A stretch of DNA of 64,000 bases. Origin: an uncultured Acidobacteriota bacterium (lineage in GTDB: Bacteria; Acidobacteriota; Terriglobia; Terriglobales; Acidobacteriaceae). Positions 10,885 through 20,236 of the stretch are shown piece after piece (positions within the stretch are counted from its first letter, which is position 1; each line of letters opens with the position of its first letter). Under the pieces are notes generated by a model. The model was given only the letters and a program-made list of their open reading frames with translations. It ran no database searches and had not been told where the DNA came from. The stretch covers positions 1,308-65,307 of the forward strand of contig CAWGSD010000002.1 in NCBI GenBank assembly GCA_963825195.1. The letters run 5' to 3'. Made by a program: the position numbers and the translations under genes.

Positions 10885-11957
10885 CTTCGGGCAGTCTTCA
10901 GTTCCCGGCCCTTCCAGACTACCTGCCTGACCACGGTGTGGCGAAACCAGCTTTGCCAGAGGAGGGCGGCGTAGAGTGGGATGCCCAGGGGCGCAAGGAC
11001 GTAATCGCGGAAGGGAAAGTTCGATTTGGAGACACGGCTGTAGAGGCCCCAGAGCGCTCGCAGCCAGACCAGCAGCAGTGCGGCGATGGCCATCTGAGGA
11101 CCCAGCACCCCGCTGGCGGCGCGGCTCGGCTGATGCATTTGCCACCAGAAAAACCAGATGAGCAGGGGCACAGCGACCAGCACGCCGAGCTGCAGCAGGC
11201 GCATGCCAGCCAGCGCCAGGGCGTTGTTGAAGAGCAGCGCCAGATTCTTGGTCCAGCCCTCCCACATCGCCCCAAAGCTGCGATACATGTGGGCGGAGAC
11301 GGCTTCCGGGGCGTAGCGGAAACGCAGGCCCAACTTGCGACGCTTGGCGAGCAGAGCCAGCTCCACGTCTTCAAGAATGACGCTTTTGACGGCTTCATGG
11401 CCGCCGATTTTGTCGTAGACGTCGCGGCGGACCAGCAGGAATTGACCGTTGGCTGCGGCGACGGGTCGGGCGGGATCATTGACCTTCGCAGGGGAATAAG
11501 TCACGGCCAGTTCGCTGAAGATGAGCGGCATGACGGCGCGCTGGGCGAAACCACTGACGATCTGACCGGGCGAGTAGGAGAGCATGCCGGCGTTGTGGCG
11601 GTCGGCTTCGATGAGGGCCAGACGCAGGTGGCCGCGAGCGTGAATGGTGTCGGCGTCGGTGAAGAGCAGCCACGTGCCGCGGGCAGCCTGGGCGCCGGTC
11701 CAGGCGGCGTTGGCTTTGCCGGTCCAGCCCATAGGCAGAGCGGGCGCGTCGAGCACGGTAACGCCGGGGAAGCCGGAGGCAATGTCGCGGGTGCGGTCGA
11801 TGGAGCCGTCGTTGACGACCAGAATCTCCCAGTCCGCGCCGAGTCTCCAGCCCTCTTCCTGCTGATCGACGAGTGAGCGCACGCACGCGCCGAGGCAATC
11901 CTGCTCGTTGCGGGCTGGGATGATCACGGAGAGGGTAAAAGGCGGGGCGGCGTCCAC
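10881..11957 (-). CDS. family 2 glycosyltransferase with C-terminal TM helices
   Basis: 358 aa. LSVIIPARNE, VVNDGSIDRT, FTDADT (DxD). Hydrophobic C-terminal third. GTG start. Confidence 0.8.
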   Translation of the reverse strand: MDAAPPFTLSVIIPARNEQDCLGACVRSLVDQQEEGWRLGADWEILVVNDGSIDRTRDIASGFPGVTVLDAPALPMGWTGKANAAWTGAQAARGTWLLFTDADTIHARGHLRLALIEADRHNAGMLSYSPGQIVSGFAQRAVMPLIFSELAVTYSPAKVNDPARPVAAANGQFLLVRRDVYDKIGGHEAVKSVILEDVELALLAKRRKLGLRFRYAPEAVSAHMYRSFGAMWEGWTKNLALLFNNALALAGMRLLQLGVLVAVPLLIWFFWWQMHQPSRAASGVLGPQMAIAALLLVWLRALWGLYSRVSKSNFPFRDYVLAPLGIPLYAALLWQSWFRHTVVRQVVWKGRELKTARR

Positions 11958-11985
11958 GGGAACTCTTCACTATTATAGAAAGGTG

Positions 11986-12474
11986 ATGCGCCAGTCACTT
12001 TTCAGCCTCGCTCTGCTGCTCATCCTTGCCGGCTCCGGATGCGACCGGGGCAACCATCCTGCGCAGGTCGGGGAGCAGGCCCCGGATATCACGATTCACG
12101 ACGGAACGCAGACGGTAAGCCTGGGACAGTACCGCGGCAAAATTGTCGTACTGAATTTCTGGGCGAGCTGGTGTCCGCCCTGCCTCGAGGAGTTTCCTTC
12201 GCTGATGCGGCTGCAGCGGGAGATGCCGAACATCGTGGTGCTGGCGGTGAGCTTCGACGAGGACGCCAATGCCTATCGGCAATATCTGATGGATAACCAC
12301 ATCGACGGGATCACTACGATTTTGGATTTGTCGCAACAATCGAACCACGCCTTCGACACCACGCGGCCTCCGGAGACGTATGTCATCGGGCCCAACGGGG
12401 TGGTTCGCCGCAAGTTCATTGGGGCGCAGGACTGGACGAATCCAGAGATCGTGAATTATCTGAGGAACCTGTAG
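11986..12474 (+). CDS. TlpA/ResA-like thiol:disulfide oxidoreductase lipoprotein
   Basis: ATG 11986 follows GAAAGG. Lipobox LAGSGC. Thioredoxin motif WASWCPPC. Confidence 0.85.
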   Translation: MRQSLFSLALLLILAGSGCDRGNHPAQVGEQAPDITIHDGTQTVSLGQYRGKIVVLNFWASWCPPCLEEFPSLMRLQREMPNIVVLAVSFDEDANAYRQYLMDNHIDGITTILDLSQQSNHAFDTTRPPETYVIGPNGVVRRKFIGAQDWTNPEIVNYLRNL

Positions 12475-12485
12475 CCGCAACTAAA

Positions 12486-12575
12486 AGCCGGTTAGCGAAA
12501 CAGCGGTCAGTTAAGAGCCGGTTCGCTAAGAAGCGGTTAACCAGGGGCCGGTTAGCGAAAACCCGGTTAGCATTT
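12486..12575. repeat. six degenerate tandem about 15-nt units with core (A/G)GCCGGTTAGC (repeat family copy R1)
   Basis: Units at 12486, 12502, 12516, 12531, 12546 and 12561. GCCGGTTAGCGAAA is exact at 12487-12500 and 12547-12560. The array starts 12 nt after the stop codon. Confidence 0.8.
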
Positions 12576-12716
12576 GCCTCGTGCGAGCTGCGCCGGCAGC
12601 CTTGTTGTTCCTTAGGTCGCGATCCTCAGGGCTTTGTTCATGAAGCCTCTGGCAGCAGCAGATTGGATTGCGGCGGGCCGCTGCGATTGCTCTTTCAGGG
12701 TGATCGCCGGCGGCAA

Positions 12717-13973
12717 ATGGCGGACAATAAGACTATGCACGATTCGGTGATGACGGATGTGGCGGGGGCGGTGGCAGATATCCAGGCCGGGCGCATGATC
12801 GTGGTGGTGGACGACGAGGACCGCGAGAATGAGGGAGACCTGACGCTGGCGGCGGAGCACGTAACGCCCGAAGCCATCAACTTCATGGCGAAGCATGGCC
12901 GCGGGCTGATCTGCCTGACGCTTACCGAGGAGCGCGCGGATTATCTGCGGCTGGGACCGATGACGCAGCAAAATTCGTCGCGATTCGGCACGGCGTTTAC
13001 CGAGACCATCGAAGCGCGGGAAGGCGTGACCACGGGGATTTCGGCCTACGATCGGGCACACACGATTAAAGTAGCAATCGATCCGCGCTCGACGGCGCAC
13101 GATCTGGCGCGGCCCGGGCATGTGTTTCCGCTGCGAGCGCGCAAGGGCGGGGTGCTGGTGCGGGCTGGGCAGACGGAGGCGTCGGTCGATTTGGCGCGAC
13201 TGGCGGGGCTGATTCCGGCTGGTGTCATCTGCGAGGTGATGAAGGACGATGGCACCATGGCGCGGGTGCCGGACCTGGTAGAGTTCTGCAAAGAACATGG
13301 CCTGAAAATGCTGACCGTAGCGGAACTGATCCGCTACCGGCTGCAGCATGAGCGCTACATTGTCCGTGTGGCAGAAAGCCCCATGCCGACGGAGTGGGGC
13401 GAATTCCGCATGATTGCATACGAGAGCGAAGTGAATGGCGGGGAAAGTCACGTCGCGCTGGTGTACGGAGATGTGCGACAGGATAGCGAGGCGACCGGCT
13501 CCGGTGCAGAGCCCGTTCTGGTCCGAGTGCACTCGCATTGCCTGGCGGGCGATGTGTTTGGAACGACGCTGTGCGACTGCCAGCGCACCGTACAGCGGGC
13601 GCTGAGGATGATTGCGGAGGCAGGGCGCGGGGCGCTGGTCTATCTGCATAATGCAGGGCGGGGCTTTGAGGTGGATCGAACGGTCGAGCCGGCGCGCATT
13701 GTCTTTCATCGCGAGGCGCGAGCGCGAGAGCGGCACGAGGACCGGCATCAGCGGATTCTGCGGGAAGTAGGGTTGGGAGGACAGATTCTGGCCGATCTGG
13801 GAATTCACCGGATCCGGCTGCTGAGCAATACGCCGACCCACGTGCCGGCGCTGCAGGGGTTCGCAGTGGAGATTGTGGAGCAGGTGCCGGTGCCAGGCGC
13901 CGGCGTAGCCGAGAAGGCGAAGGACGGTTCTGCGAGCGCACGGGAACCGGCGCAAAAGCAGGCGCGCGACTAA
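12717..13973 (+). CDS. ribBA: bifunctional 3,4-dihydroxy-2-butanone-4-phosphate synthase / GTP cyclohydrolase II
   Basis: [14 protein letters not shown] (RibB) and [20 protein letters not shown] (RibA Zn site). The start could be ATG 12717, 12735 or 12750. Confidence 0.9.
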   Translation: MADNKTMHDSVMTDVAGAVADIQAGRMIVVVDDEDRENEGDLTLAAEHVTPEAINFMAKHGRGLICLTLTEERADYLRLGPMTQQNSSRFGTAFTETIEAREGVTTGISAYDRAHTIKVAIDPRSTAHDLARPGHVFPLRARKGGVLVRAGQTEASVDLARLAGLIPAGVICEVMKDDGTMARVPDLVEFCKEHGLKMLTVAELIRYRLQHERYIVRVAESPMPTEWGEFRMIAYESEVNGGESHVALVYGDVRQDSEATGSGAEPVLVRVHSHCLAGDVFGTTLCDCQRTVQRALRMIAEAGRGALVYLHNAGRGFEVDRTVEPARIVFHREARARERHEDRHQRILREVGLGGQILADLGIHRIRLLSNTPTHVPALQGFAVEIVEQVPVPGAGVAEKAKDGSASAREPAQKQARD

Positions 13974-14011
13974 GCCGAGGGCCAGCAAGGCCAGAGCTGC
14001 GCCTGGTTCGG

Positions 14012-14668
14012 CTATGCGTGTACGACGACTTCGTCTTCGCCGGGGTAGGGCATCCCAGGGAGCAGAGCGCGGGATTCGAGGTCAGCGCGCAACTGTTCGA
14101 CGGTGTGGAACTGGATGGCGTGGAGGCCAACCTGCTCGGCGGCGCGGATGTTCTCCGGCTTGTCGTCGAGGAAGAGGGCTTCTTCGGGGCGAACCTTAAG
14201 CTGCTCGCATGTCCAGGTGTAAATGGCGGGGTCGGGCTTGGCGATGCCTAGTTCGCAGGACCAGGTGTGGTGGTTGAAGTGGCCAAGCCAGGCGAACTCC
14301 TGCCGCATGTAACGGAGCAGTTCCGCGCCCATATTGGAGAGGATTGCGGTCGCGAGGCCGGCGTCCTGCAGAGAGGCGGCCCAGGCGAGCATGCGCTCAT
14401 TGATGGATGCCCACATCAGGACGTCATTTTCGACAAGAGCTTCGACCTGCTGAGGGGTAAAAGTGAGGCCGGCGTCGTGGGCAACTTTGGCCCAGTAGGT
14501 CTGCCCGGTGAGGTTGCCAAGGTCGTACTCGTGACGGTAGCGCCAGTAGAAACGCTCGAATGCCTCGCGCGCGAGGCCGGTGATGGCCATGAGGTTCTGG
14601 TGCGCGGCGGGATCCTGGGGATTACTCAGGACCATGCCGTAGTCGAAGATGACAGCGCGTATAGGCAA
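14012..14668 (-). CDS. HAD-superfamily hydrolase (subfamily IA)
   Basis: TTG 14668 lies 7 nt after GAGGAGG and gives MPIRAVIFDYGMVL (motif I). LFLDDKPENI is motif IV. The track ORF starts further upstream. Confidence 0.75.
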   Translation of the reverse strand: MPIRAVIFDYGMVLSNPQDPAAHQNLMAITGLAREAFERFYWRYRHEYDLGNLTGQTYWAKVAHDAGLTFTPQQVEALVENDVLMWASINERMLAWAASLQDAGLATAILSNMGAELLRYMRQEFAWLGHFNHHTWSCELGIAKPDPAIYTWTCEQLKVRPEEALFLDDKPENIRAAEQVGLHAIQFHTVEQLRADLESRALLPGMPYPGEDEVVVHA

Positions 14669-14753
14669 GCGAGTTCCTCCTCGAAAAGAATCTGCTTCTA
14701 TTATCCCCGCCGGGGGCAGGGGATGCTCTCTTCCTCTATGAAAAGATGGAGGG

Positions 14754-15944
14754 ATGCGACTTTCGCGGAGGACAGGGTGGGATGTGCAGGAAACCCCGCT
14801 TGCACGCGCTCTGCGGGAACGGCGGGCAGCTAAGCTGCCGATCATCGACCTGACGGCGTCGAATCCGACGCAGTGCGGCTTCCGCTACGACGAGGCCGGC
14901 ATTCTGGCAGCGCTGGCCGACGAGGCGGCGCTGGTCTACGATCCCGATCCGCGAGGCATGCGGCGTGCGCGCGAGGGGGTATGCCGGTACTACGCGGAGC
15001 GGGGTGCGGCGGTGGCGGTGGAGCAAGTTTTCCTGACCACCAGCACCAGTGAAGCATACAGCTGGCTGTTTCGGCTGTTGTGCGACCCGGCGGATGAGGT
15101 GCTGATCGCGCAGCCCAGCTATCCCCTGTTCGATTTTCTGGCGCAGATTGAGGATGTACGGCTGGTGCCGTATCCGCTGTTCTATGACCACGGGTGGCAG
15201 ATCGACCTGACGGGACTGGGGGCGCGGATTTCGCCGCGGACGCGGGCGATTGCCGTGGTGCATCCCAATAACCCCACGGGGCACTTTACCCGGGAGGAGG
15301 AGCGCCGGGAGTTGGAGCGGATCTGCGTGGAATTTGGGCTTGCGCTGATTGTAGATGAAGTTTTCCTGGACTACGGCCTGGCCGGAGACGCAGGTCTAAG
15401 TTTTGCGACCGGAGAGCATCCGGCACTGACCTTTATTTTGAGCGGAATCAGCAAGATTGCGGCACTCCCGCAGATGAAAGCTGCATGGATTGCGGCCTTC
15501 GGGTCTTCGGCAGGGGAAACGGAGGGGACGTTGGGGTCGGCACTGGAGAGGCTGGAGGTGGTGGCCGATACGTTTCTCTCCATGAATGCGCCGGTGCAGT
15601 GCGCGCTGGGCACGTGGCTGTCCGGGAGCGGCGCGATCCAGGCGCAAATTCGGGCTCGAACGCGGCGGAATTTGCTGAATGTAGATCAGGTTTTGTCACA
15701 CACTCCGGCGGTGACGCGGCTGGAGGTCGAGGCGGGCTGGTACGCGGTGCTGCGGGTTCCGGCGATAGGCCCCGATGAAGATCTGGCGGTGCGGCTGGTC
15801 GAGGAGTGCGGGGTGTCCGTGCATCCGGGCTATTTCTTCGGGTTCAGCGGGGATGGCTGGCTGGTGGTGAGTTTGCTGACACTGGAGGCAGAGCTTCGGC
15901 GTGGGGTGGAGACAGTTTGCGAGATGTTCGGGAAACTGGGATGA
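14754..15944 (+). CDS. class I/II PLP-dependent aminotransferase
   Basis: 396 aa. YDPDPRG, NNPTG, SGISKIAALPQMK (Lys in the SxxK context). Confidence 0.85.
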   Translation: MRLSRRTGWDVQETPLARALRERRAAKLPIIDLTASNPTQCGFRYDEAGILAALADEAALVYDPDPRGMRRAREGVCRYYAERGAAVAVEQVFLTTSTSEAYSWLFRLLCDPADEVLIAQPSYPLFDFLAQIEDVRLVPYPLFYDHGWQIDLTGLGARISPRTRAIAVVHPNNPTGHFTREEERRELERICVEFGLALIVDEVFLDYGLAGDAGLSFATGEHPALTFILSGISKIAALPQMKAAWIAAFGSSAGETEGTLGSALERLEVVADTFLSMNAPVQCALGTWLSGSGAIQAQIRARTRRNLLNVDQVLSHTPAVTRLEVEAGWYAVLRVPAIGPDEDLAVRLVEECGVSVHPGYFFGFSGDGWLVVSLLTLEAELRRGVETVCEMFGKLG

Positions 15945-16007
15945 GCCGGTTCCGGCCGATCTCGGCCTGATGCGAACCGCCAGGCGGCCCGCTAAGGCCT
16001 GCAGCAC

Positions 16008-17663
16008 TTACCCGACAGAAGTGAATTCGGGGATCTCACTGGCAACCACCGCGCGATAGTGTTCTTGAAGTTCCTCCGCGGCCACCTTTGCATAGTTGAG
16101 AAAATGATGCGCAGACAACAGCACCATATATCCAAGCCACAGCTTCGCCGGCTGGCGCGCCCAACTCCGAACGATGGTCCATAGAAATCGCCAGAAGGCG
16201 GACCGGTAATTCGAGCGGACGCCCTGCCGCCACATCGAAGAAAACAGGACGCGCAGATTGTAGGAGAGAGGCAGCCCTGGAGGTTGCTGTGTGGGACGAG
16301 GCCGCCACGACTCGATCGAGCGGAACGCCCGCCCGAAAAAAGCCTCCGGCGTATACAGCGCAGTCAGAAGGCCGGCTAGTCCCTGAAGCAGCACCGGCAG
16401 GGGCATGGTGGTGCGAAAGTTCGGCGGGCTGAAGTTTGTGGTGGACTGACTATTCTCGATGAGACGTCCCTCGCGCTTCATTCGATCGAACAGCGCGGTG
16501 GTGGGTGGTGCCTGCAGAACACCTGCCATAGCCCAGGTAATGCCGGTCTGATTGATGAATTCCAGTTGTCTGGCAAATATGCTCTCATCGTCCGAATCGA
16601 AGCCAACGATGAAGCCGGCCAGTACCCATAATCCGCTTTCCCGGATCACGCGGACCTGATCGGCAATGTTTCCCCGCAGGTTTTGAAATTTGCGTGAACC
16701 TTTCAGCGCCTCCGCTGATGGCGTCTCGATTCCGATGAACACATACATAAAGTTCGCCGCAACCATGGCCGCAAGCAGTTCGGGCTTATCAGCCAGGTCA
16801 ATGGAGGCTTCCGTGTAAAACGAGACGGCATGCCCGTTTCGTTCCTGCCAGAGCTTCAATTCCTGAGCCAGGAGCAAGGCCTGCCGCTGATTGCCGATGA
16901 AATTGTCGTCGACAATGAAAACCTCATTGTGCCAATCGAGCCGCCGCAGCACGTCGAGCTCCGCGATCACCTGGGATGGACTCTTGGCGCGCGGACGTCT
17001 TCCATAGATCGTAATGATGTCGCAGAACTCACATTGAAAGGGACACCCGCGCGAGAACTGTACCGGCATCGAAGTGTATTTGTTCATCTGCAGCAGGTCA
17101 AAGCGCGGGACGGGGCTTCGCGACATGTCCGGCTTATCGGCGACAAGGTACAAGCGTTGCGCGTCACCCTTTTCCAATGCATCGGCAATTTGCGGGAAGA
17201 CCTCCTCGGCTTCGCCAACCAGCACGTGATCCGCGTGGGCGAGCAGAAAATCCGGATCACTGCTGGCCCATGGGCCACCGATGAAGGTCCGGCGTTGCAA
17301 CGCACGCGCGCGTGCCAGGATGTTCAGGGCATCGGTACGTTGTGCGAGCATCGCACTGACCATCACCAGGTCAGCCCAGAGCAGATCCTGGTCGCACACC
17401 TCCTCAAAGGCACGATCAACAAGACGAATCTGCCAACTGGCCGGACAGAGCGCGGCCACCGTGATCAGCCCCAGCGGCGGCATCACGGAACTCTCCGGAA
17501 TCATTTCCATCACACCTTCAAAGCCCCAAAACGAAGGCGGGAAACGCGGCCAGACCATCAATACTTTGAGCCCGGAACCCAGAGCCGGAAGCGGTTCTAC
17601 AGTAGTTGCAACGGGCCGGGTCGATAACTGCCGGAGTGGATCGGCGATCGCAGGCGCATGCAT
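16008..17663 (-). CDS. B12-binding domain radical SAM protein with DUF4070-like C-terminal region (class B)
   Basis: 551 aa. N-terminal LKVLMVWPRFP...PLGLITVAA (B12-binding-like). SRGCPFQCEFCDI CxxxCxxC cluster. Confidence 0.85.
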   Translation of the reverse strand: MHAPAIADPLRQLSTRPVATTVEPLPALGSGLKVLMVWPRFPPSFWGFEGVMEMIPESSVMPPLGLITVAALCPASWQIRLVDRAFEEVCDQDLLWADLVMVSAMLAQRTDALNILARARALQRRTFIGGPWASSDPDFLLAHADHVLVGEAEEVFPQIADALEKGDAQRLYLVADKPDMSRSPVPRFDLLQMNKYTSMPVQFSRGCPFQCEFCDIITIYGRRPRAKSPSQVIAELDVLRRLDWHNEVFIVDDNFIGNQRQALLLAQELKLWQERNGHAVSFYTEASIDLADKPELLAAMVAANFMYVFIGIETPSAEALKGSRKFQNLRGNIADQVRVIRESGLWVLAGFIVGFDSDDESIFARQLEFINQTGITWAMAGVLQAPPTTALFDRMKREGRLIENSQSTTNFSPPNFRTTMPLPVLLQGLAGLLTALYTPEAFFGRAFRSIESWRPRPTQQPPGLPLSYNLRVLFSSMWRQGVRSNYRSAFWRFLWTIVRSWARQPAKLWLGYMVLLSAHHFLNYAKVAAEELQEHYRAVVASEIPEFTSVG

Positions 17664-17917
17664 AGTTGCTCTCCTCCCTAACGCATTGCTCCCGAGATTT
17701 TGCTGCCCGGTTGCGGATCTCCCGGCTTTACCGGTACCAGCTGGGGCTGGATCGCTGGGGCCTCAAATTTATTCCACCCAACTGACGCAGTCAAATGTGT
17801 CGTTTCTGCATTCGTGCAGCTCGGGCGCTTTCAAAGGCAATCCAAACGGCGAACGCGGGCATATAGGCTTCATTTTCGTCAAAAGCGATAAGTATCGGAT
17901 TCGCGCCTTTGGAACTG

Positions 17918-18607
17918 CTAGAGGATATTCACGGCCCGCGCTGCAAGGAGGACGACGGTCGCGAGGGAGATCAGGGACTGGATCATCATGAGGACTTTGG
18001 CCCAGCGGGAGAGGACGGGGACGTCAGTGGGTGAGAAAGCGGTGCTGGTGTTGAAGGCGAGGAAGAGATAGTCGATGAATCCGGGGCTCCAGTAGTCTTC
18101 GCCCATGGAGCGTTTGGCCTCGGGGTCGAGCGTCATCTGCGGGAACAGGAAGGCCCCGTCAGTGTGGACGCCGCGCATTTCGCGCGCGTGTGGGCCGCCG
18201 GCGTCGAGGCGCCAGTACCAGCAGGCGAAGACCAGGATGTTCGCGATCCACAGTGCTGCTGCGGATTGCAGGAGAGCCTGAGGCGACTGCTTATGCGATG
18301 GAAGAGCAGCGACCAGCAGCCAGAGCGACCAGATCATGTCGAGGGTGACGACGCCGGACACTGCATAGCCGAAAACCCTGCTGAGAGCGCCCCGGCCGCT
18401 GCGGCGCGCCCAGTAGGTAGGGATCATCAGAAGGACAACCAGCACGAGGAGCAGCCAGTCGGGACCGGCGGAAAGGGACTCGGGCAGGGCGAAACGCAAG
18501 CCAGCAACGGCCAGCAGAGCCAGCGATGCCGGCCAGCGCGGCTCCGGGTTGGTGGGGCGCCGAGTTGCGGGCGTGGTTTTAGCTGCAGTTCCGGCCATGG
18601 GTAACAA
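17918..18607 (-). CDS. DUF1345 family membrane protein
   Basis: 229 aa, multi-TM. WYWRLDAGGP ... DYLFLAFNTSTAFSPTDV motif. Confidence 0.7.
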   Translation of the reverse strand: MLPMAGTAAKTTPATRRPTNPEPRWPASLALLAVAGLRFALPESLSAGPDWLLLVLVVLLMIPTYWARRSGRGALSRVFGYAVSGVVTLDMIWSLWLLVAALPSHKQSPQALLQSAAALWIANILVFACWYWRLDAGGPHAREMRGVHTDGAFLFPQMTLDPEAKRSMGEDYWSPGFIDYLFLAFNTSTAFSPTDVPVLSRWAKVLMMIQSLISLATVVLLAARAVNIL

Positions 18608-18627
18608 AATTCAGCGCACCGTCGGAG

Positions 18628-20079
18628 CTATTCGGCGTTGCTGGTTGCGGCCTGCTGTGCGGATTCGCCCGAAGAGAACTTCGTCCAGGGGCCGGACTTC
18701 ATGTCACGGAGGATGGGCGCCTGCCAGGAGTATTCAGGATGCGCGGTGAGGAAGGGCTTCGCCAGGAAGTCTTCGCCGCAGGGATGGCCGGCGTGGGCGA
18801 TGAGCGACATATGCGCAGCCAGATCGCTGTCGGTTACCTTACCCTGCACGGCGCCGCCAGGATAATACGGACCCCAGTCCCAGAGGGGAACGCCGCCTTT
18901 GACGGTGTCGATATGGCCGCAGAGGGTGCGCTGGTCGGCATCCTGCTTATGCGCATAGGAGTCCTCATGATCGGCCAGGAATTTCTCGGCGAGCGCGACG
19001 TCAATCTGGCCTTTGTTCTGCTTCATCAGCTCATCCCAGCGGACGCGGCGGGCGTTGGGGGAGTTGGACAGATCGGAGGAGTTCCAGCCCTCGGTTTCAT
19101 CCTTAATGAGCGCGGGATCGCGGGGGAAGTTGGAGCTGACGAAGTAGCCGTCCTTCTTCTTCCAGACCGGCGTGTGCTGGAGGCCCAGCTCGAGGTAGGC
19201 AATTTCGCCGGTCTTGCGATCGCCGATAAGCCAGTCGTTGGCATAGCCGCCGTTGTCGCCCTGGCGCATGGCGGCCACGTAGTCGTCGATGGAACTGGCG
19301 TACTGGAGAGCTTTGCGGGAGCGAACGAATTCCGGAACGCCGTTCTTGTTCCAGCCCTCGAAGCGGCTGATGGTGGTTTCGGTGATCATGATGCCGTCGT
19401 CGTTGATCCCGAAGTCGTCGTTGCTGGTGATCATGCCGGGCACGCCGTCCTGCAGGATGCGGTGGCCATGGGCGGGCTGGATGTCGAACATCATGGTCCA
19501 GCGGGAGCCTTCGGCGTAGGAGGTCCAGTTGTTGTGGGCGATGACGATCTTGCCGTCTTTGGTGTAGCTGCCGGTGGCGATGAAGGCGCTGCAGTTGCCG
19601 GGCGCGTGGATGCTGGGCGCGTTGAGGGCATGCTGATGCTTGTCGAGCCAGGGAACGTAGTACTCCGCCAGCTCCATGGTGCCGTTTTCGGCGACGATGT
19701 CCCACACGTCGATGTGGACGCCACGGGCCTGCGCGCCTTCGGCGATGCCCTTCAGCTCAGCCTGGTACTCAGCGTCGATGTGCGGCCAGAACATAGTGCG
19801 GGCGGCTTCGCGGAAGAACTGCCAGTCGCGGCGAGTGGTGTGCTGATCTTCGACCTTGAGGACGTGGACGGCGTCGGCGATCTGCGGGGCAAGGAGGTAG
19901 CCGTGCTGGAAGCCGATCTGCTCGGGAGAGCCTTCGAGGTGGACATAGGTCCAGCCGCCGCGCTGGAAAGTGTAAGCGCCGGCGAGGCGTGGGTCTTTGG
20001 AGTGGCTGGTCTGGGCTCCGGCAAGGGAGCCGGCCAGAATGGCTGCTGCTAACGACAGATGCCGAATCGCAACCCGCAT
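18628..20079 (-). CDS. secreted Ntn-hydrolase, peptidase C45 / phospholipase B-like family
   Basis: 483 aa with signal peptide. GNCSAFIATG is a candidate nucleophile Cys context. The family call rests on recognition of overall motifs only. Confidence 0.55.
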   Translation of the reverse strand: MRVAIRHLSLAAAILAGSLAGAQTSHSKDPRLAGAYTFQRGGWTYVHLEGSPEQIGFQHGYLLAPQIADAVHVLKVEDQHTTRRDWQFFREAARTMFWPHIDAEYQAELKGIAEGAQARGVHIDVWDIVAENGTMELAEYYVPWLDKHQHALNAPSIHAPGNCSAFIATGSYTKDGKIVIAHNNWTSYAEGSRWTMMFDIQPAHGHRILQDGVPGMITSNDDFGINDDGIMITETTISRFEGWNKNGVPEFVRSRKALQYASSIDDYVAAMRQGDNGGYANDWLIGDRKTGEIAYLELGLQHTPVWKKKDGYFVSSNFPRDPALIKDETEGWNSSDLSNSPNARRVRWDELMKQNKGQIDVALAEKFLADHEDSYAHKQDADQRTLCGHIDTVKGGVPLWDWGPYYPGGAVQGKVTDSDLAAHMSLIAHAGHPCGEDFLAKPFLTAHPEYSWQAPILRDMKSGPWTKFSSGESAQQAATSNAE

Positions 20080-20148
20080 GGATGTTTTCGCTCCGGATGA
20101 GGATTAGGAGAACGATACATCATGCTCAGGATCAGGGTCGCCGGCGGA

Positions 20149-20169
20149 CCCAGGGGGTACCCCCCTGGG
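20149..20169. repeat. perfect 9-bp stem / 3-nt loop palindrome followed by G5-T-G7 tract
   Basis: CCCAGGGGG-TAC-CCCCCTGGG. Confidence 0.7.
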
Positions 20170-20211
20170 GGTGGGGGGGTGAGGCAAGTCATTGATTCTG
20201 TGCCCACTGCC

Positions 20212-20236
20212 GGGTAATACCCTGAGGGTATTACCC
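20212..20236. repeat. perfect 11-bp stem / 3-nt loop palindrome
   Basis: GGGTAATACCC-TGA-GGGTATTACCC. Confidence 0.75.

Noticed and set aside
12576-12760. Possible FMN (RFN) riboswitch in front of ribBA. Strings such as CAGGGUGA..GCCGGCGG and GAUUCGGUGAUGACGGAUG resemble parts of the consensus.
   Set aside because: The conserved GGGUGAAAUUCCC hairpin and the AGUCUGGAUGGGAGA 3' segment are absent. The look-alike strings also fall at or inside the most likely coding start (ATG 12717). A cmsearch with RF00050 would settle it; I expect no hit.
20153-20179. G5 ... G5-T-G7 tract as a potential G-quadruplex.
   Set aside because: Only three clear G3+ tracts have short loops. The first tract is sequestered in the perfect palindrome, so there is no independent support.
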